DNA of 57,340 nt from Stellaceae bacterium (GTDB lineage: Bacteria; Pseudomonadota; Alphaproteobacteria; ATCC43930; CGMCC-115725). Every line of letters begins with the position of its first letter. The first letter of the stretch is position 1. The notes under the pieces were generated by a model. The model worked only from the letters and a program-made list of their open reading frames with translations. It was not told the DNA's origin and made no database searches. Positions 44,737 through 53,143 of the stretch are shown here, one piece after another. Location of the stretch: NCBI GenBank assembly GCA_049801295.1, contig JBARKH010000644.1, positions 1-57,340 of the forward strand, given 5' to 3'. The position numbers and the translations under genes are program-made.

Positions 44737-47700
44737 TCAGGTAGTGAAAAACAGATGGGAGCCGGTCAGCGCAGGGGCGCCGGTCAGCGTGGCGACAAGA
44801 TGCGAGGTACTGCCGCCGCCGTTGCCGTCGGCATCGAAGTGCAGCTGTCCGTTGGCGGTATCGTAGGAAAAGCGCTGCGTCAAATTGGTGAAGCACCGGT
44901 GCTGTTGGCGACAAAAAGGTTCGTCGGCAGCGCCTGCGGCGTCGAGCTCGCTCCAGGGAGCCCGAGCGAGAAGCCGAAATCGCTGAACACGATCTCGTTG
45001 GTCGAGGACCCGAGGAAATCCGTGATGATGTTGGCTTGGGGGGACCCGGAGAAGACGAACTGGTTGGTCCCGCCGTTCCCCTTCATCATGGTCCCGCCGG
45101 CTGCGAAGAACACATCGTCACTGGCGCCCCCGGTCAGCTTATCGGCCCCGATGCCGGCAGAGACGTGGATTGCATCCGAGGAAGGCAGCGTCGCCGCGTT
45201 GACGGTGTTGCCGGAATCGCCGTCATTAACCGTGATGATGCTGCCGGTGAAGTTGGTGCTGTTCAGCGTCAGCGTGTTCGCCCCGCCATCGGCGAGCGTG
45301 ATCACGGGGAAACCGGAGATGTGGGTCATCGTGTCGGTTCCCGGGATGCCGAACACGAGCCCGGCGCTTCCTCCGCCCGTCAGCGCGCCGGTGACGGTCA
45401 CATGGTCGATCATCAACGTGCTGCCGGCGCCGGCAGCAAAAGTTGCCCCGGAGGCAATCGTCACGCTGTTGAGCGTGCTACTGGACGATGCGCTGCTTCC
45501 GATCGCGCCCGCTCCGATAAGCGTGCCGCCGCTGACCGTTCCGCCATTCAGGGTGAGGCCCAGCGGGCCCGGGCTCCCTGAAACGGTCATGCTGCCGCCG
45601 AGGTGGAGAACTCCGCCGCTATCGATCTGGATCGAGCCCGCATCGGTCGAGGCACCGGACAGTGTCAGGGTCGCCGTCGCGGCGTTCCCCGCAATGTCGA
45701 CTTTTCCGCTGCCGAGATTGGCGAGTGCGGCCGCCGTGACATTCGTCGTCTGGGTAAGGCTGCCGTTCCCGATATCGAGGGTGGCGCTGTTGCTGAGCGT
45801 GCCGCCGATAGTCAGCCCGCTGCCCCCGACGCCCTGATGGTCGACGCCGAGGAACCCGGTGTTCGAAAGCCCGACAGTAGTGGTCACCAGGGCGCCCGCG
45901 TCGATTTCGAGCGTACCGGCATCGCTCGCGAGCTCGGTCAATGCGCTGTTGCTTGTTGGGGTCGCGGCGAGCGCCACCCGCGCTCCGGTGCCGGTGAGGT
46001 CCAGCACGGCGCCCGAGCTGATCGCGGTGATCGCGCCGCTCAGATATTCGAGGAGCGCGTCGTTCGTGAGCTTGTCGATCCCGGTCAAGGTCAGCGGCGC
46101 CGCCCCGGTGATATTCAACGTGGCCTGGACTGACCGCGCCCCGGTCAGATCGATCTCCCCGGTGTTCGAGAGCCCGGCCGCCTTGACTAGCGTCGCCTTG
46201 CTGAGGGCGGTATTGCCGATCTTGAGACCGTTGGAACCCCCCGCGTTGTTGGTCAGTTTCCCGCCGATCGTCAGCCGGCTGCCGCCGGCACCGCCGCTGA
46301 TGTCGACCTCCGTGGCGCCAGTGTTGGTAAAGGCAACGGTGGTGGCGACCACCGCGCCGTTCTCGAGATCGAGAGTGCCGGCGTTGCCGGCGGGCTTGGT
46401 CAGCGCGCTGTTGCTGCTGGGGGTCGCGGCGAGCGCCACCCGCGCTCCGGCGCCGGTGAGGTCCAGCACGGCGCCGCTGCCGATTGCCGTGATCGCGCCA
46501 CTCCCGTATTCGAAAAGCGCGTCGTTCGTGAGCCTGTTGATCCCGGTCAGCGTCGCCGGCGCCGCCCCGGTGATATCCAGGGTCGCCAGTACGGACGGGG
46601 CGCCGGTCAGATCGACCTCCCCGGTGTTCGAGAGACCGGCCGCCTTGACGAGCGTCGATGCAGCGAGGTTGGGGTTGCCGATCTTGACGCCGACGCCGCC
46701 GGCGACATTGTTGGTCAGTATCCCGCCGATCGTCAGCATGCTGTTGCCGGTGCCGGAATCATCGACCTGGATCAGACCGCCGTTCGAGAAGCTCGTGGTC
46801 GTGGTGACGACCGCGCCGCCGTCGAGGCGGAACGTGCCGAGGTTGCCCCCCGCCGGGTTGCTCCCAAGCGTCCTTAGCGCGCTGTTGCTGTTGGGAGCGG
46901 AGGCGAGCGCGACCCGTGCCGTGGCGCCGTTCAAAGACAGTGTGGCCCCGCTACCGATCCCCGTGATTGCCCCGCTGCCGTATTCGAGGAGCGCGTCGTT
47001 CGTCAGCAGAAATATTCCGGTGGAGGTTGCCGGCGCCGCCCCGGTAATATTCAGCGTGGCCTGATCCGAACGTGCGCCGGTCAGATCGACCTCAACGGTG
47101 TTCGAGAGCCCGGCCGCCGTGACCGTGGTCGCCACGCCGAGGCTGCTATTGCCTATCGTAATGTGGCCGCTGTTGCTGAGCGTTCCGCTGATCGTCAACA
47201 AACTGCCGCCGGCGCCACCGGCGCTGTCGGCTTCCGTGAGGCCGGTGTTGGTAAAGCCACCGGTGATGGCGACCGCCGCGCCGTTCTCGAGATTGAAGGT
47301 GCCGGCATTACCGGCAAGGCTTTTCAGCGCGCTGTTGGTGCTCAGCGATCCGGCGAGCGCCACCCGCGCGTTGGGGCCGTTGAGCGACAGCGTCGAGCCG
47401 ATAACGATATTGTTGATCGCCCCACTCGAATATTCGAGAAGCGCGTCGCCGGTGAGATTGTTGATCCCGGTAAAGGTGAAGGGCGCAGCCGTTTTGACGT
47501 TGAGCGTCGCGCGAATCGTCCCGCCGCCGGTTAGATTAATCGACCCGGCGTTCACCAAATTGGCCACCGTGACGACTGTCGCGGCCGGTAGTAAGCCATT
47601 GCCGATAAAGATGTTGCCGCGGTTGGTCAAGGTCCCGCCGAGGGTCAACCGGCTGCCGCCGACGCCACTGCTGCCGTCGACATCGATGACCCCATTGTTC

Positions 47701-47795
47701 AGGAAATCGACGGTGGTGCCGACGACCGCACCGCCCTCGAGGCGGAGCGTTCCGACGTTGCCGCCGAGTTGGGTCAGCGCGCGCCAAACTCGTGC
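44737..47795 (-). pseudogene. large repeat-rich secreted/surface protein with an RTX-like Ca-binding C-terminus; 5'-truncated and frameshifted
   Basis: Track ORF 44880..47648 stays open up to the stop at 47796-47798 with no start codon. The C-terminal FTNLTQRFSYDTANGQLHFDADGNGGGSTSHLVATLTGAPALTGSHLFFTT* lies in another frame after about 44890. GADKLTGGASDDVFF is an RTX-like nonapeptide. Confidence 0.7.
45850..47783. repeat. four-plus in-frame tandem repeats of about 150-158 codons within the surface-protein gene
   Basis: The anchor string (ca)gcgcgctgttg recurs at 45945, 46407, 46881 and 47331, giving periods of 462, 474 and 450 nt, all divisible by 3. A fifth copy is cut at about 47783. Confidence 0.85.
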
Positions 47796-47816
47796 TCAGA
47801 CTTAAGTTATCGAAAA

Positions 47817-47838
47817 GGGTGGTAGGCCCGGCAGGACT
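47817..47838. repeat. att direct repeat (distal copy), a copy of the tRNA-Met 3' end
   Basis: gggtggtaggcccggcaggact is identical to 52669..52690. Confidence 0.85.
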
Positions 47839-47947
47839 GCAATAGGTCTTGTGTCTCAAAGTCTTAGACGGCGGTTTGCCACTATCGGCGCTCGTTGACA
47901 TCAAAAGCTTTTTCTGGCGCGGTGGCAAACCGCGGCACCGAGGCGCG

Positions 47948-48625
47948 TCACACCAGAGCGAAACGGCGAGCGTCAACGCGCGACAGCAAACGCATGCCCA
48001 TCGTAGCGGCCAGCAGCCTTGTCGCCTCCGCGAATTGGCCGCCGGCGACGAGCTTTGTTACAGCCTCGTTCAGATACCTCATCGCGTCCGCCATGGCGGG
48101 GATGTGCCCGGGCGTAATCGGATGCCCGAAACGCCTGAAGATCGCGGCGACATCTTTGGCCTTGCCGTGCGCGGCATCCGCCATCAGGCGGTTGAACCGC
48201 ATCATCCCCTTGTCGAGCGCCTCGATCTCGGTGTTCGCTTGCTTCGCCGCGTAATGCCAGCCGGCGAGCTGTTCAGTCGGCATCCCGGTCTTGAGCGCCC
48301 CGAAATGGAGCTTCGTCGAAAAGTCAGAGGTCGCCTTCAGCATCTCGAAAATCCCGGCGACGCTCCCCGCCGCGGCGAGGCCGGTCATCGAGAAAGCAAG
48401 GCTGGTGATCCCGCTGGTGAGGTTCCTTATCTCTCCGAGGGCACCCCGGGCGCGGGTCGCCAACATCCTCATGCCGCTTTCCTCGGCGAGGCTGCCGAGC
48501 CGGTCGCCGACCTGGCGCAGCGGCGCGGACATCGCGGAGATATGCTGGTTGATCGCGCGAAATTTTGCCGATGCCTGGTCAATCGCGGTGATGACGACGC
48601 GCAATTCCTGCGACGACTCGGCCAT
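47948..48625 (-). pseudogene. phage tail tape-measure protein, N-terminal ~225 aa only
   Basis: The position directly after the chaperone pair and the sequence style (...AIDQASAKFRAINQHISAMSAPLRQVGDRLGSLAEESG...GITSLAFSMTGLAAAGSVAG) fit a tape-measure protein. It is far too short for an intact one and ends 110 nt from the att repeat. Confidence 0.55.
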
Positions 48626-48626
48626 G

Positions 48627-48818
48627 CTAGTCCCCCCTCAAATTGTCGGCGACCCGGCGCGCCTGCTCCTCAAACAGCTGCAGATCGTCGAGCGGCATCG
48701 CCATCACGACACTCGGGTCAAGTCGCCAGAACCAGGCTACGTCGAAGGCTCGATCGATCAGGGCGCGGGGCTCGACGAAGAATTCATATCCTCGGCCGTC
48801 GCGCCCACGGTAAAACCC
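48627..48818 (-). other. -1 frame extension of the tail assembly chaperone (GT-like product) with slippery heptamer G_GGT_TTT
   Basis: The heptamer gggtttt (plus-strand aaaaccc, 48812..48818) is in X_XXY_YYZ register in the chaperone frame. The -1 frame stays open to the TAG at 48627-48629, 1 nt before the tape-measure ATG (...DVAWFWRLDPSVVMAMPLDDLQLFEEQARRVADNLRGD*). Confidence 0.5.
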
Positions 48819-49099
48819 ACCAAGGTCATCGACAGCAGGTTGAAATCGCGCGCCGCGAGCTCGTCGACCGAGGGGTGCGGAATCGCGCAGATCATCGACA
48901 GCAGATTTGCGCAGGCTTCGTAATCGGGCGCGATGGCGCCCGTGCCGCTGCCCTTAAACGGCGACCCGGCGCTGCGCAATTCCTTGACCGTCGGTGGCCG
49001 CAGGGTCAGCTCGGAAAGCGTCTCCCCGTGCGCCCGGATCGGCTTTGTCAGCCTGATCGTCACGCTGTCGGCGTTGGGGTTGGGGTTGGGGTCGGACAA
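48758..49099 (-). CDS. phage tail assembly chaperone (G-like)
   Basis: 113 aa, located immediately upstream of the tape-measure fragment, with an overlapping -1 frame. Confidence 0.55.
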   Translation of the reverse strand: MSDPNPNPNADSVTIRLTKPIRAHGETLSELTLRPPTVKELRSAGSPFKGSGTGAIAPDYEACANLLSMICAIPHPSVDELAARDFNLLSMTLVGFTVGATAEDMNSSSSPAP

Positions 49100-49169
49100 A
49101 ATCGTTTCTCCTCGCTATGCCGCCGGCCGGGACGGCCGGCGCTATGGGTTGCTTGGCTCCTTCACTCCG

Positions 49170-49496
49170 CTATCGGCGGGGCCGCCGATCGGCGGCCAGG
49201 GCCTCATCGACCCGCCGGCTGGCCGCATCGAGCGGCCCGCCGACAGCGAGCAATGTCACGGCGAATAGGCCGCCGATAGCGCGGGCTGTCGCGTCGAACA
49301 CCCGGAAGCGCGGGCCGTCCATATCGAGCAAACCGCCGACCTCGCGCACTTTCGCCGCGACCGCCTGGAAGCGCGGGTCACCCGCACCGAGCAAAGCGAG
49401 GCTGATCTCGCGCATTTTCGCGGCGAGCGCATCGAAGCCCGGGGTCGTCCTGAGACCGGCGCTGACCGCTCTCAGGAGCAGCTCTGTGTGTGCCAT
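49170..49496 (-). CDS. hypothetical phage-remnant protein
   Basis: Internal ATG (MAHTELLLRAVSAGL...) of track ORF 49170..49664. The upstream Arg-rich part overlaps the excisionase gene and is rejected. Confidence 0.3.
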   Translation of the reverse strand: MAHTELLLRAVSAGLRTTPGFDALAAKMREISLALLGAGDPRFQAVAAKVREVGGLLDMDGPRFRVFDATARAIGGLFAVTLLAVGGPLDAASRRVDEALAADRRPRR

Positions 49497-49518
49497 TTGC
49501 GGCGGCATCGGGCGCGAC

Positions 49519-49710
49519 CTACGCCGCGTCGCCGCTGACCAGCCGATCGAAAGCCTGCTTGGGCACGAGCAGTCGGCGCCCAATACGGATCGTCGGTATC
49601 TGACCTTTCGCGGCGGCCTCATAGGCCAGCGTGCGCGAGATCCCGAGCGCGGCGCCGGCCTCAATTATCGTCAGGGTTCGCCGGTCGGGGCCGGCCGTGT
49701 TTTCGTCCAT
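49519..49710 (-). CDS. excisionase/AlpA-type HTH DNA-binding protein
   Basis: 63 aa: ...LTIIEAGAALGISRTLAYEAAAKGQIPTIRIGRRLLVPKQAFDRLV, an excisionase-family helix-turn-helix. Confidence 0.7.
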   Translation of the reverse strand: MDENTAGPDRRTLTIIEAGAALGISRTLAYEAAAKGQIPTIRIGRRLLVPKQAFDRLVSGDAA

Positions 49711-49772
49711 CAGATCGTCCTATGGCCCCGGATGTGGGGCTGACTTTGGGTGTTCTAGCACGTTCTGCGTGA

Positions 49773-49814
49773 CCCCACAATAGGGGTTGACCCCAAAACA
49801 GGGGCTAGTATACT
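49773..49814 (+). promoter_or_regulatory. sigma70-like promoter with two tandem CCCC-N6-GGGG operators
   Basis: ccccacaatagggg (49773-49786) and ccccaaaacagggg (49791-49804). TTGACC (49787-49792), a 16-nt spacer, then TATACT (49809-49814). It lies about 40 nt upstream of the ATG at 49852, in the divergent intergenic region shared with the excisionase gene. Confidence 0.4.
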
Positions 49815-49851
49815 AGGCGGCACGCGAACGCACAGCATAGGACGAGAAAAG

Positions 49852-50496
49852 ATGGCTGCAAACCGCAAGCGCTCGGCGACGGTCGATATCAAGATCCGCA
49901 TGAAGGAACCGCTACGGGCGGAAATCGAACGTTCGGCCAGGGAAAAGGGCATCTCGATGAATGCCGAGATGACCGAGCAGTTGGGACGGATCTATGAACA
50001 GCCAGACCTCCTCGTCGAGGCGGCGCTCGAAAGCGTTTACGGCCCGAAAGTTGCCGGCATCGTTTCAACCATGGCGCACCAATTCGCTCGCAATGGCTGG
50101 ATCACCGCCCTTATCGATGCTGAGGGCGACTCGCGCGCAGCACGGCGGGGCGCTTGGCTTGCCAGTCCGGTTGCCTACGATCTGGCGGTGAGGGCAGCCA
50201 ACTTCGTCATGGAACAGTTCCGGCCGAGCGGCGACCCGTCGCGGCCGGGCACGTTCGCCACCAAGGAGAGCCGCCAGCGACATGCGGAATGGCGGGCCGC
50301 GTCCGATTTGGCCGCGATCAGAGACCCTCGCTGGAGCGAGCAGTTCCCGCCGGACGCGAGAAATTGGGAATCTGAGCACGCTGCGGAGCAGGCGCGGCGT
50401 CTGCTCACCCCCGATCTGGTGTCACGGATACCGGACAGGGGCAGCGCCCAGGACATCATGGAACAAACCCTCGGCCGGGAGGCGAACCCGCGATGA
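49852..50496 (+). CDS. hypothetical protein with a possible N-terminal ribbon-helix-helix (Arc-like) DNA-binding motif
   Basis: 214 aa. The N-terminus VDIKIRMKEPLRAEIERSAREKGISMNAEMTEQL looks RHH-like. Confidence 0.45.
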   Translation: MAANRKRSATVDIKIRMKEPLRAEIERSAREKGISMNAEMTEQLGRIYEQPDLLVEAALESVYGPKVAGIVSTMAHQFARNGWITALIDAEGDSRAARRGAWLASPVAYDLAVRAANFVMEQFRPSGDPSRPGTFATKESRQRHAEWRAASDLAAIRDPRWSEQFPPDARNWESEHAAEQARRLLTPDLVSRIPDRGSAQDIMEQTLGREANPR

Positions 50497-50660
50497 AGAA
50501 AGATCGACCGGGAAGGGACCAGACCTTGCGTGCGGTCATCGCCGTCCTCGACAGCACGGCGGCGCCGTTTCATGCGATCAACGAGCACTTTGCGGCGACG
50601 TCGGCGCCGCTCCGGCAGATCGACGATCGGCTTGGCGCCTTGGCCGAGGAAACCGGGTTG
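50493..50660 (+). pseudogene. second, inverted tape-measure-like N-terminal fragment
   Basis: LRAVIAVLDSTAAPFHAINEHFAATSAPLRQIDDRLGALAEETGL aligns with LRVVITAIDQASAKFRAINQHISAMSAPLRQVGDRLGSLAEESGM of 47948..48625. Similarity is lost afterwards. Confidence 0.4.
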
Positions 50661-51087
50661 CGTCGCCAGCGCCGACCACGCGGAGCACCCCGCCTTCAAC
50701 GCGCGCTTGTCATCCGTGGATGCGGTGCTCGCCTGGCTCCGCGAGCACGGCCGCGATGAGATGCTCGGGAATCCAATGGGCGAAGCTAAACCCAGCTGCC
50801 TCCCCGACGCGCATTCGGTGCGCGCCACGACGGGAACCTGGTGGTGCCCACACGCTCAGTCCATAGGGAAGGTTCGGTGTCCGGCCCATTTGCAAGATCA
50901 TCGCCTTCACGTAGCCGGTGGGATAGTGCGGCTGCCCGCCCGAAAAGGGCGTCTTCACCAATCAACAAAGTGATGAACATCGAGTGGGGGGCCGAAGGCG
51001 AGGCCAGCCTTTTCAGTTTTCGCGGGGGCGCCTGGGAAGCCCAGCTCCTCGCCGCGCTCGCCGCGGCGGCCGAATAGGCGCGCACGA

Positions 51088-51276
51088 ATGGCCCGCGGAC
51101 CCGCCACATTCCGGCAACGCGATGTCGCCGCTGCGATCAGGGCGGCAAAGGCGGCCGGTTGTGAGGTGGTGCGGGTCGAGGTTGACAAGGCCGGCAAGAT
51201 TATCGTCGTCACCGCCGGCAAGCCCGAGCCGCCGCCACCCAGCGACAAACGCAACGAGTGGGATCAGTCGACATGA
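51088..51276 (+). CDS. small conserved-looking hypothetical protein upstream of the integrase
   Basis: 62 aa, MARGPATFRQRDVAAAIRAAKAAGCEVVRVEVDKAGKIIVV... Its stop overlaps the integrase ATG (ATGA). Confidence 0.5.
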   Translation: MARGPATFRQRDVAAAIRAAKAAGCEVVRVEVDKAGKIIVVTAGKPEPPPPSDKRNEWDQST

Positions 51277-52319
51277 CCAGAATTCGGCTGCCGCGCATTC
51301 ACGAATTCCGCGATCGGTATGGCAAGGTCCGGCGCTATTTCCGCTTTCCTGACGGCAAGCGCGTGCCGCTGCCGGGCGCCCCTGGCACCCCGGCGTTCAT
51401 GGCGGCCTACAACGCCGCGCTCGCCGGCGAGGCCGCGCGTAGCGACGTCGTCGTCGACCGCACGCTTGCCGGCACCGTCAATGCCGCGGTGACCAGCTAT
51501 TTCAACTCCGCTGCCTTCCAGGCCGGCGCGCCCGACACCCGCCGCACTCGCCGGAACATCCTTGAGCGGTTTCGCGAGGAGCATGGCGAACACCGAATCG
51601 CGCTTTTGCAGCCCGTCCATATCGGGCGCATGGTCACGGCCAAGGCCGGCACGCCATCAGCAGCCCGCAACTTCCTCAATACGCTGCGCGCGCTGATGAA
51701 GCATTGCCTGTCGGAGGGGATGATCGCGAGCGACCCGACCGAAGGCGCCAAAAGCGCGCCGATCAAGACTTCTGGATATCGCACCTGGACCGAGGACGAC
51801 ATCGCAGCCTTCGAGGCGGAGCACGCGATCGGCACCCGCGCTCGCCTCGCGCTCGCGCTCTTGCTCTACACCGCGCAGCGCCGCGGCGACATCGTGCGCC
51901 TGGGGCGGCAGCACGTTCGCGACGGGCTGCTCCAGCTCCGCCAACAAAAGACCGGGGCGACCCTGGTTATTCCGGTGCACCCCGCGCTTGCCGAGATCCT
52001 GGCGGCGACACCGAGCGATCATCTCACCTTCCTGACCACTGCGGGCGGCAAGCCGTTCTCGGCGCCCGGCTTCACCAACTGGTTTCGCGATATGTGCAAC
52101 GACGCCGGCTTGCCGCGCGGCACCTCGGCGCACGGGCTGCGCAAGGCCGCCTGCCGGCGCCTCGCCGAGGCCGGCTGCTCGGCCAACGTCATTGCCTCGA
52201 TCAGCGGCCACGCCAGCTTGCGCGAGGTGCAGCGCTACACCGCCGCCGCCGACCAGGCGCGGATGGCGCGCTCGGCGATGGACACGATGGTCGCGGCCTT
52301 CCCGACCAAAAGGAGGTGA
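51273..52319 (+). CDS. tyrosine-type site-specific integrase
   Basis: Catalytic-type motifs: LLLYTAQRRGDIVRL (Arg), HGLRKAA (His-x-x-Arg), GHASLREVQRYT (Tyr). Adjacent to the tRNA/att site. Confidence 0.9.
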   Translation: MTRIRLPRIHEFRDRYGKVRRYFRFPDGKRVPLPGAPGTPAFMAAYNAALAGEAARSDVVVDRTLAGTVNAAVTSYFNSAAFQAGAPDTRRTRRNILERFREEHGEHRIALLQPVHIGRMVTAKAGTPSAARNFLNTLRALMKHCLSEGMIASDPTEGAKSAPIKTSGYRTWTEDDIAAFEAEHAIGTRARLALALLLYTAQRRGDIVRLGRQHVRDGLLQLRQQKTGATLVIPVHPALAEILAATPSDHLTFLTTAGGKPFSAPGFTNWFRDMCNDAGLPRGTSAHGLRKAACRRLAEAGCSANVIASISGHASLREVQRYTAAADQARMARSAMDTMVAAFPTKRR

Positions 52320-52325
52320 CACCCG

Positions 52326-52589
52326 ATGGCGACGCGGCGCCGCTGCGACCTCTCTGCCGAAGAAAATCGGCTGATCAACGACTGCATTCAGAACCGTCCT
52401 GAGGTGCAGAAGCTGATCGACGATCATTATGGCGAGGGGGTGGGCTGCTACGATCTCGGATGGTCCGACAGCGTGATCGCGACTTGGTTTTCTCTCCCGG
52501 TTGCGGTCATCGCGTGGATGCGAGAGTCAATTTACGGGCCAATTGGGACGCGCCACGAACAGGGGCGTCCCCTCAGTGCGGGACGGTGA
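52326..52589 (+). CDS. hypothetical protein
   Basis: 87-aa ORF directly after the integrase, inside the element. Confidence 0.35.
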   Translation: MATRRRCDLSAEENRLINDCIQNRPEVQKLIDDHYGEGVGCYDLGWSDSVIATWFSLPVAVIAWMRESIYGPIGTRHEQGRPLSAGR

Positions 52590-52668
52590 GAACATCCGAT
52601 TGGCAAACCGGGTAATGGGTTTGCCAGATCCGCTCCCATCTATTTGAAAACAAAGGCCGCAGCGCGGC

Positions 52669-52690
52669 GGGTGGTAGGCCCGGCAGGACT
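52669..52690. repeat. att direct repeat (tRNA-proximal copy)
   Basis: Identical to 47817..47838. Covers the last 19 nt of the tRNA plus 3 nt. Confidence 0.85.
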
Positions 52691-52748
52691 CGAACCTGCG
52701 ACAACGCCGTTATGAGCGGCGCGTTCTAACCAGCTGAACTACGGGCCC
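52672..52748 (-). tRNA. tRNA with CAU anticodon (Met, or Ile2 if lysidine-modified), CCA encoded
   Basis: Hand-folded, 77 nt: GGGCCCG TA GTTC AGCTGGTTA GAAC G CGCCG CTCATAA CGGCG TTGTC GCAGG TTCGAGT CCTGC CGGGCCT A CCA. Confidence 0.85.
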
Positions 52749-52774
52749 GCTAGATACGGCAGCATTATTATAAT

Positions 52775-52807
52775 CGTCATGGCCGGGCGTGTCCCGGCCA
52801 TCCACGT
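52775..52807. repeat. 33-bp perfect inverted repeat, left arm (REP-like, internally palindromic)
   Basis: cgtcatggccgggcgtgtcccggccatccacgt is the exact reverse complement of 53052..53084. Confidence 0.9.
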
Positions 52808-53051
52808 TATCTCCTGCGTCGCCCGTGCCCATGTCCCAACAAACGCACGGCGATGGCGGTCGCGATAATCGAGAGCGACGTCCGATCGAGTATAAGCACG
52901 ATGATGAAGAGCGTAAGCGCGACGCCCTGCCGACCGTCCTCCGGAGGACGCGCTAGCGGCTCGGAGACGACGCTGCGCCTCCCTGATGGTCCGTAAATCG
53001 GGCGATGGCCGCCCCATTTCAAGCCGAGCCGTCATGTTCTCGCGGCCGTCT

Positions 53052-53084
53052 ACGTGGATGGCCGGGACACGCCCGGCCATGACG
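53052..53084. repeat. 33-bp perfect inverted repeat, right arm
   Basis: acgtggatggccgggacacgcccggccatgacg. The arms are 244 nt apart. Confidence 0.9.
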
Positions 53085-53143
53085 GCTACGAACCCCGGAC
53101 GAGCCTAGTCCAGAATCCGCGCGACCGGCCGTGGCTCAGAGGG

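Larger units (their letters stand above)
47839..52668. mobile_element. degraded prophage/integrative element at tRNA-Met (about 4.85 kb)
   Basis: Bounded by the 22-bp direct repeats. The integrase is adjacent to the intact tRNA. Contents are an excisionase, tail-chaperone and tape-measure fragments only. Confidence 0.8.

Noticed and set aside
45850-47783. Whether the long tandem DNA repeats could be a CRISPR array or satellite.
   Set aside because: The periods are 450-474 nt, in frame, and encode a continuous beta-helix-like protein repeat. There is no short repeat/spacer structure. No CRISPR array was seen anywhere in the window.
49074-49092. A (GGGGTT)3 microsatellite.
   Set aside because: It lies inside the tail-chaperone coding sequence, where it encodes PNPNPN on the minus strand. 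Three units only; it is neither a CRISPR nor a telomere-like array.
50660-51080. Protein-like frames on both strands, e.g. minus …GGQPHYPTGYVKAMILQMGRTPNLPYGLSVW… and plus …HPAFNARLSSVDAVLAWLREHGRDEMLG…
   Set aside because: I could not decide which strand, if either, is coding, and could not assign any family. Most likely they are decayed phage gene fragments. Left unannotated.
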